Made by a program: the position numbers and the translations under genes. A stretch of DNA of 18,588 bases from Tolypothrix carrinoi HA7290-LM1 (lineage in GTDB: Bacteria; Cyanobacteriota; Cyanobacteriia; Cyanobacteriales; Nostocaceae): NCBI GenBank assembly GCA_019358935.1, contig JAHHIK010000139.1:1-18588 (forward strand), in the 5' to 3' direction. How positions within the stretch are numbered: the stretch's first letter is position 1; every line of letters starts with the position of its first letter. Below the pieces are notes generated by a model that saw only the letters and a list, made by a program, of their open reading frames with translations, made no database searches and was not told the origin of the DNA. Positions 17,876 to 18,588 of this stretch are shown here, piece after piece.

Positions 17876-18113
17876 ATAATCAAGCGATCGCTCCCGTGTT
17901 TCCAAAAAAATATTTGCTCTTCTCTAGTTCTTCTCGATCGCTCTCTAAAGTTAAAAACATCGAAGGCAGAGACGGCATCAAACAAGAGCGAGATTACCAC
18001 ACAGCACACCGCGATTGGGCAGCCAGTGCTTGTGATTAATCTACTTTCTTAGATGAAATTCATTTCACACAGATAAACCAATCACAAATTCTCTAACATC
18101 AAAGGAGCAATTC

Positions 18114-18458
18114 ATGTCTTACGCAGTATACAATGTCAAACTTGAACAAGTCGGTCAAAACATGAGCGACGGAGACACAATTCGGTTTAGTGACACTGGC
18201 AAACCTTGTCCACCCGACCAAATTCAAATCGGTCTTCAGTTGGTTGGTGATGTCAATTGGTGGAAGGGGATTATTTTATTCAACGAAGAAGGTTATCGAA
18301 CTGTAATCGACCTCGCTGGTACAAATCGAGAACCTAGATTTGGAGTAGTGAACGCATCTGATTTAACTGATGATAATCAAGAAGGAGGAGTGAAGCATCT
18401 TGTTCTCAGCAAGGCAAAAGCCTTTGGTGTTCATAAAGATCGAATATTGCATTCTTAA
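18114..18458 (+). CDS. Hypothetical protein (WWKGI ... KAKAFGVH motifs), possibly 3'-damaged
   Basis: Strong RBS AAAGGAG at 18101-18107, ATG start and protein-like composition; function not recognised. Confidence 0.7.
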   Translation: MSYAVYNVKLEQVGQNMSDGDTIRFSDTGKPCPPDQIQIGLQLVGDVNWWKGIILFNEEGYRTVIDLAGTNREPRFGVVNASDLTDDNQEGGVKHLVLSKAKAFGVHKDRILHS

Positions 18459-18463
18459 TGCTA

Positions 18464-18588
18464 CAGGACTTACGCAACTGGCACAAGCAATGGCGCGGCT
18501 GCGCCGCGCCGAGCGCCTAAAAACTAAACTATAGACATAACAATGTCCGGACGTTTTAGTTGCTCGATTAGATAATTGGAAAGTAAGT
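18464..18588. mobile_element. End of an IS/MITE-like element running off the window
   Basis: Begins CAGGACTTACGCA, whose 12-mer AGGACTTACGCA is the reverse complement of 17863-17874; contains the hairpin GGCGCGGC-TGC-GCCGCGCC (18492-18510). Confidence 0.6.

Larger units (their letters stand above)
933..17891. repeat. HIP1 octamers (GCGATCGC) dispersed across the window
   Basis: Manually found at 933, 1395, 1995, 2627, 3374, 5061, 5521, 6648, 8810, 8921, 9725, 10820, 11222, 13094, 14144, 14928, 17319 and 17884. Confidence 0.93.

Noticed and set aside
17998..18035. Hairpin upstream of the orphan ORF as a riboswitch or ncRNA
   Set aside because: Single imperfect stem with no recognisable family motif.

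Overview
Chromosomal window from a filamentous, probably heterocyst-forming (Nostocales-like) cyanobacterium: about 18 HIP1 octamers (GCGATCGC), several heptamer (STRR-type) tandem arrays and many very small repeat/MITE-like elements. The core is housekeeping: geranylgeranyl-reductase-family gene, frr, pyrH, AhpC/TSA-type redoxin, agmatinase, alpha/beta hydrolase, LCP protein, membrane protein, AI-2E transporter and rpe. Both ends are rearranged accessory DNA. On the left, a truncated tnpB is fused into an AAA_35 gene that ends in two nearly identical CHAT (caspase-like) protease domains. On the right are a deleted and frameshifted multi-domain response regulator pseudogene and a small unknown gene between MITE/IS-like ends. 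The two best candidates for an interesting system are (i) a co-oriented pair of a propeptide-less Glu-His-Ser subtilase and a lipoprotein serpin, and (ii) the AAA_35-CHAT-CHAT protein. All calls come from motif recognition by eye; no searches were run.
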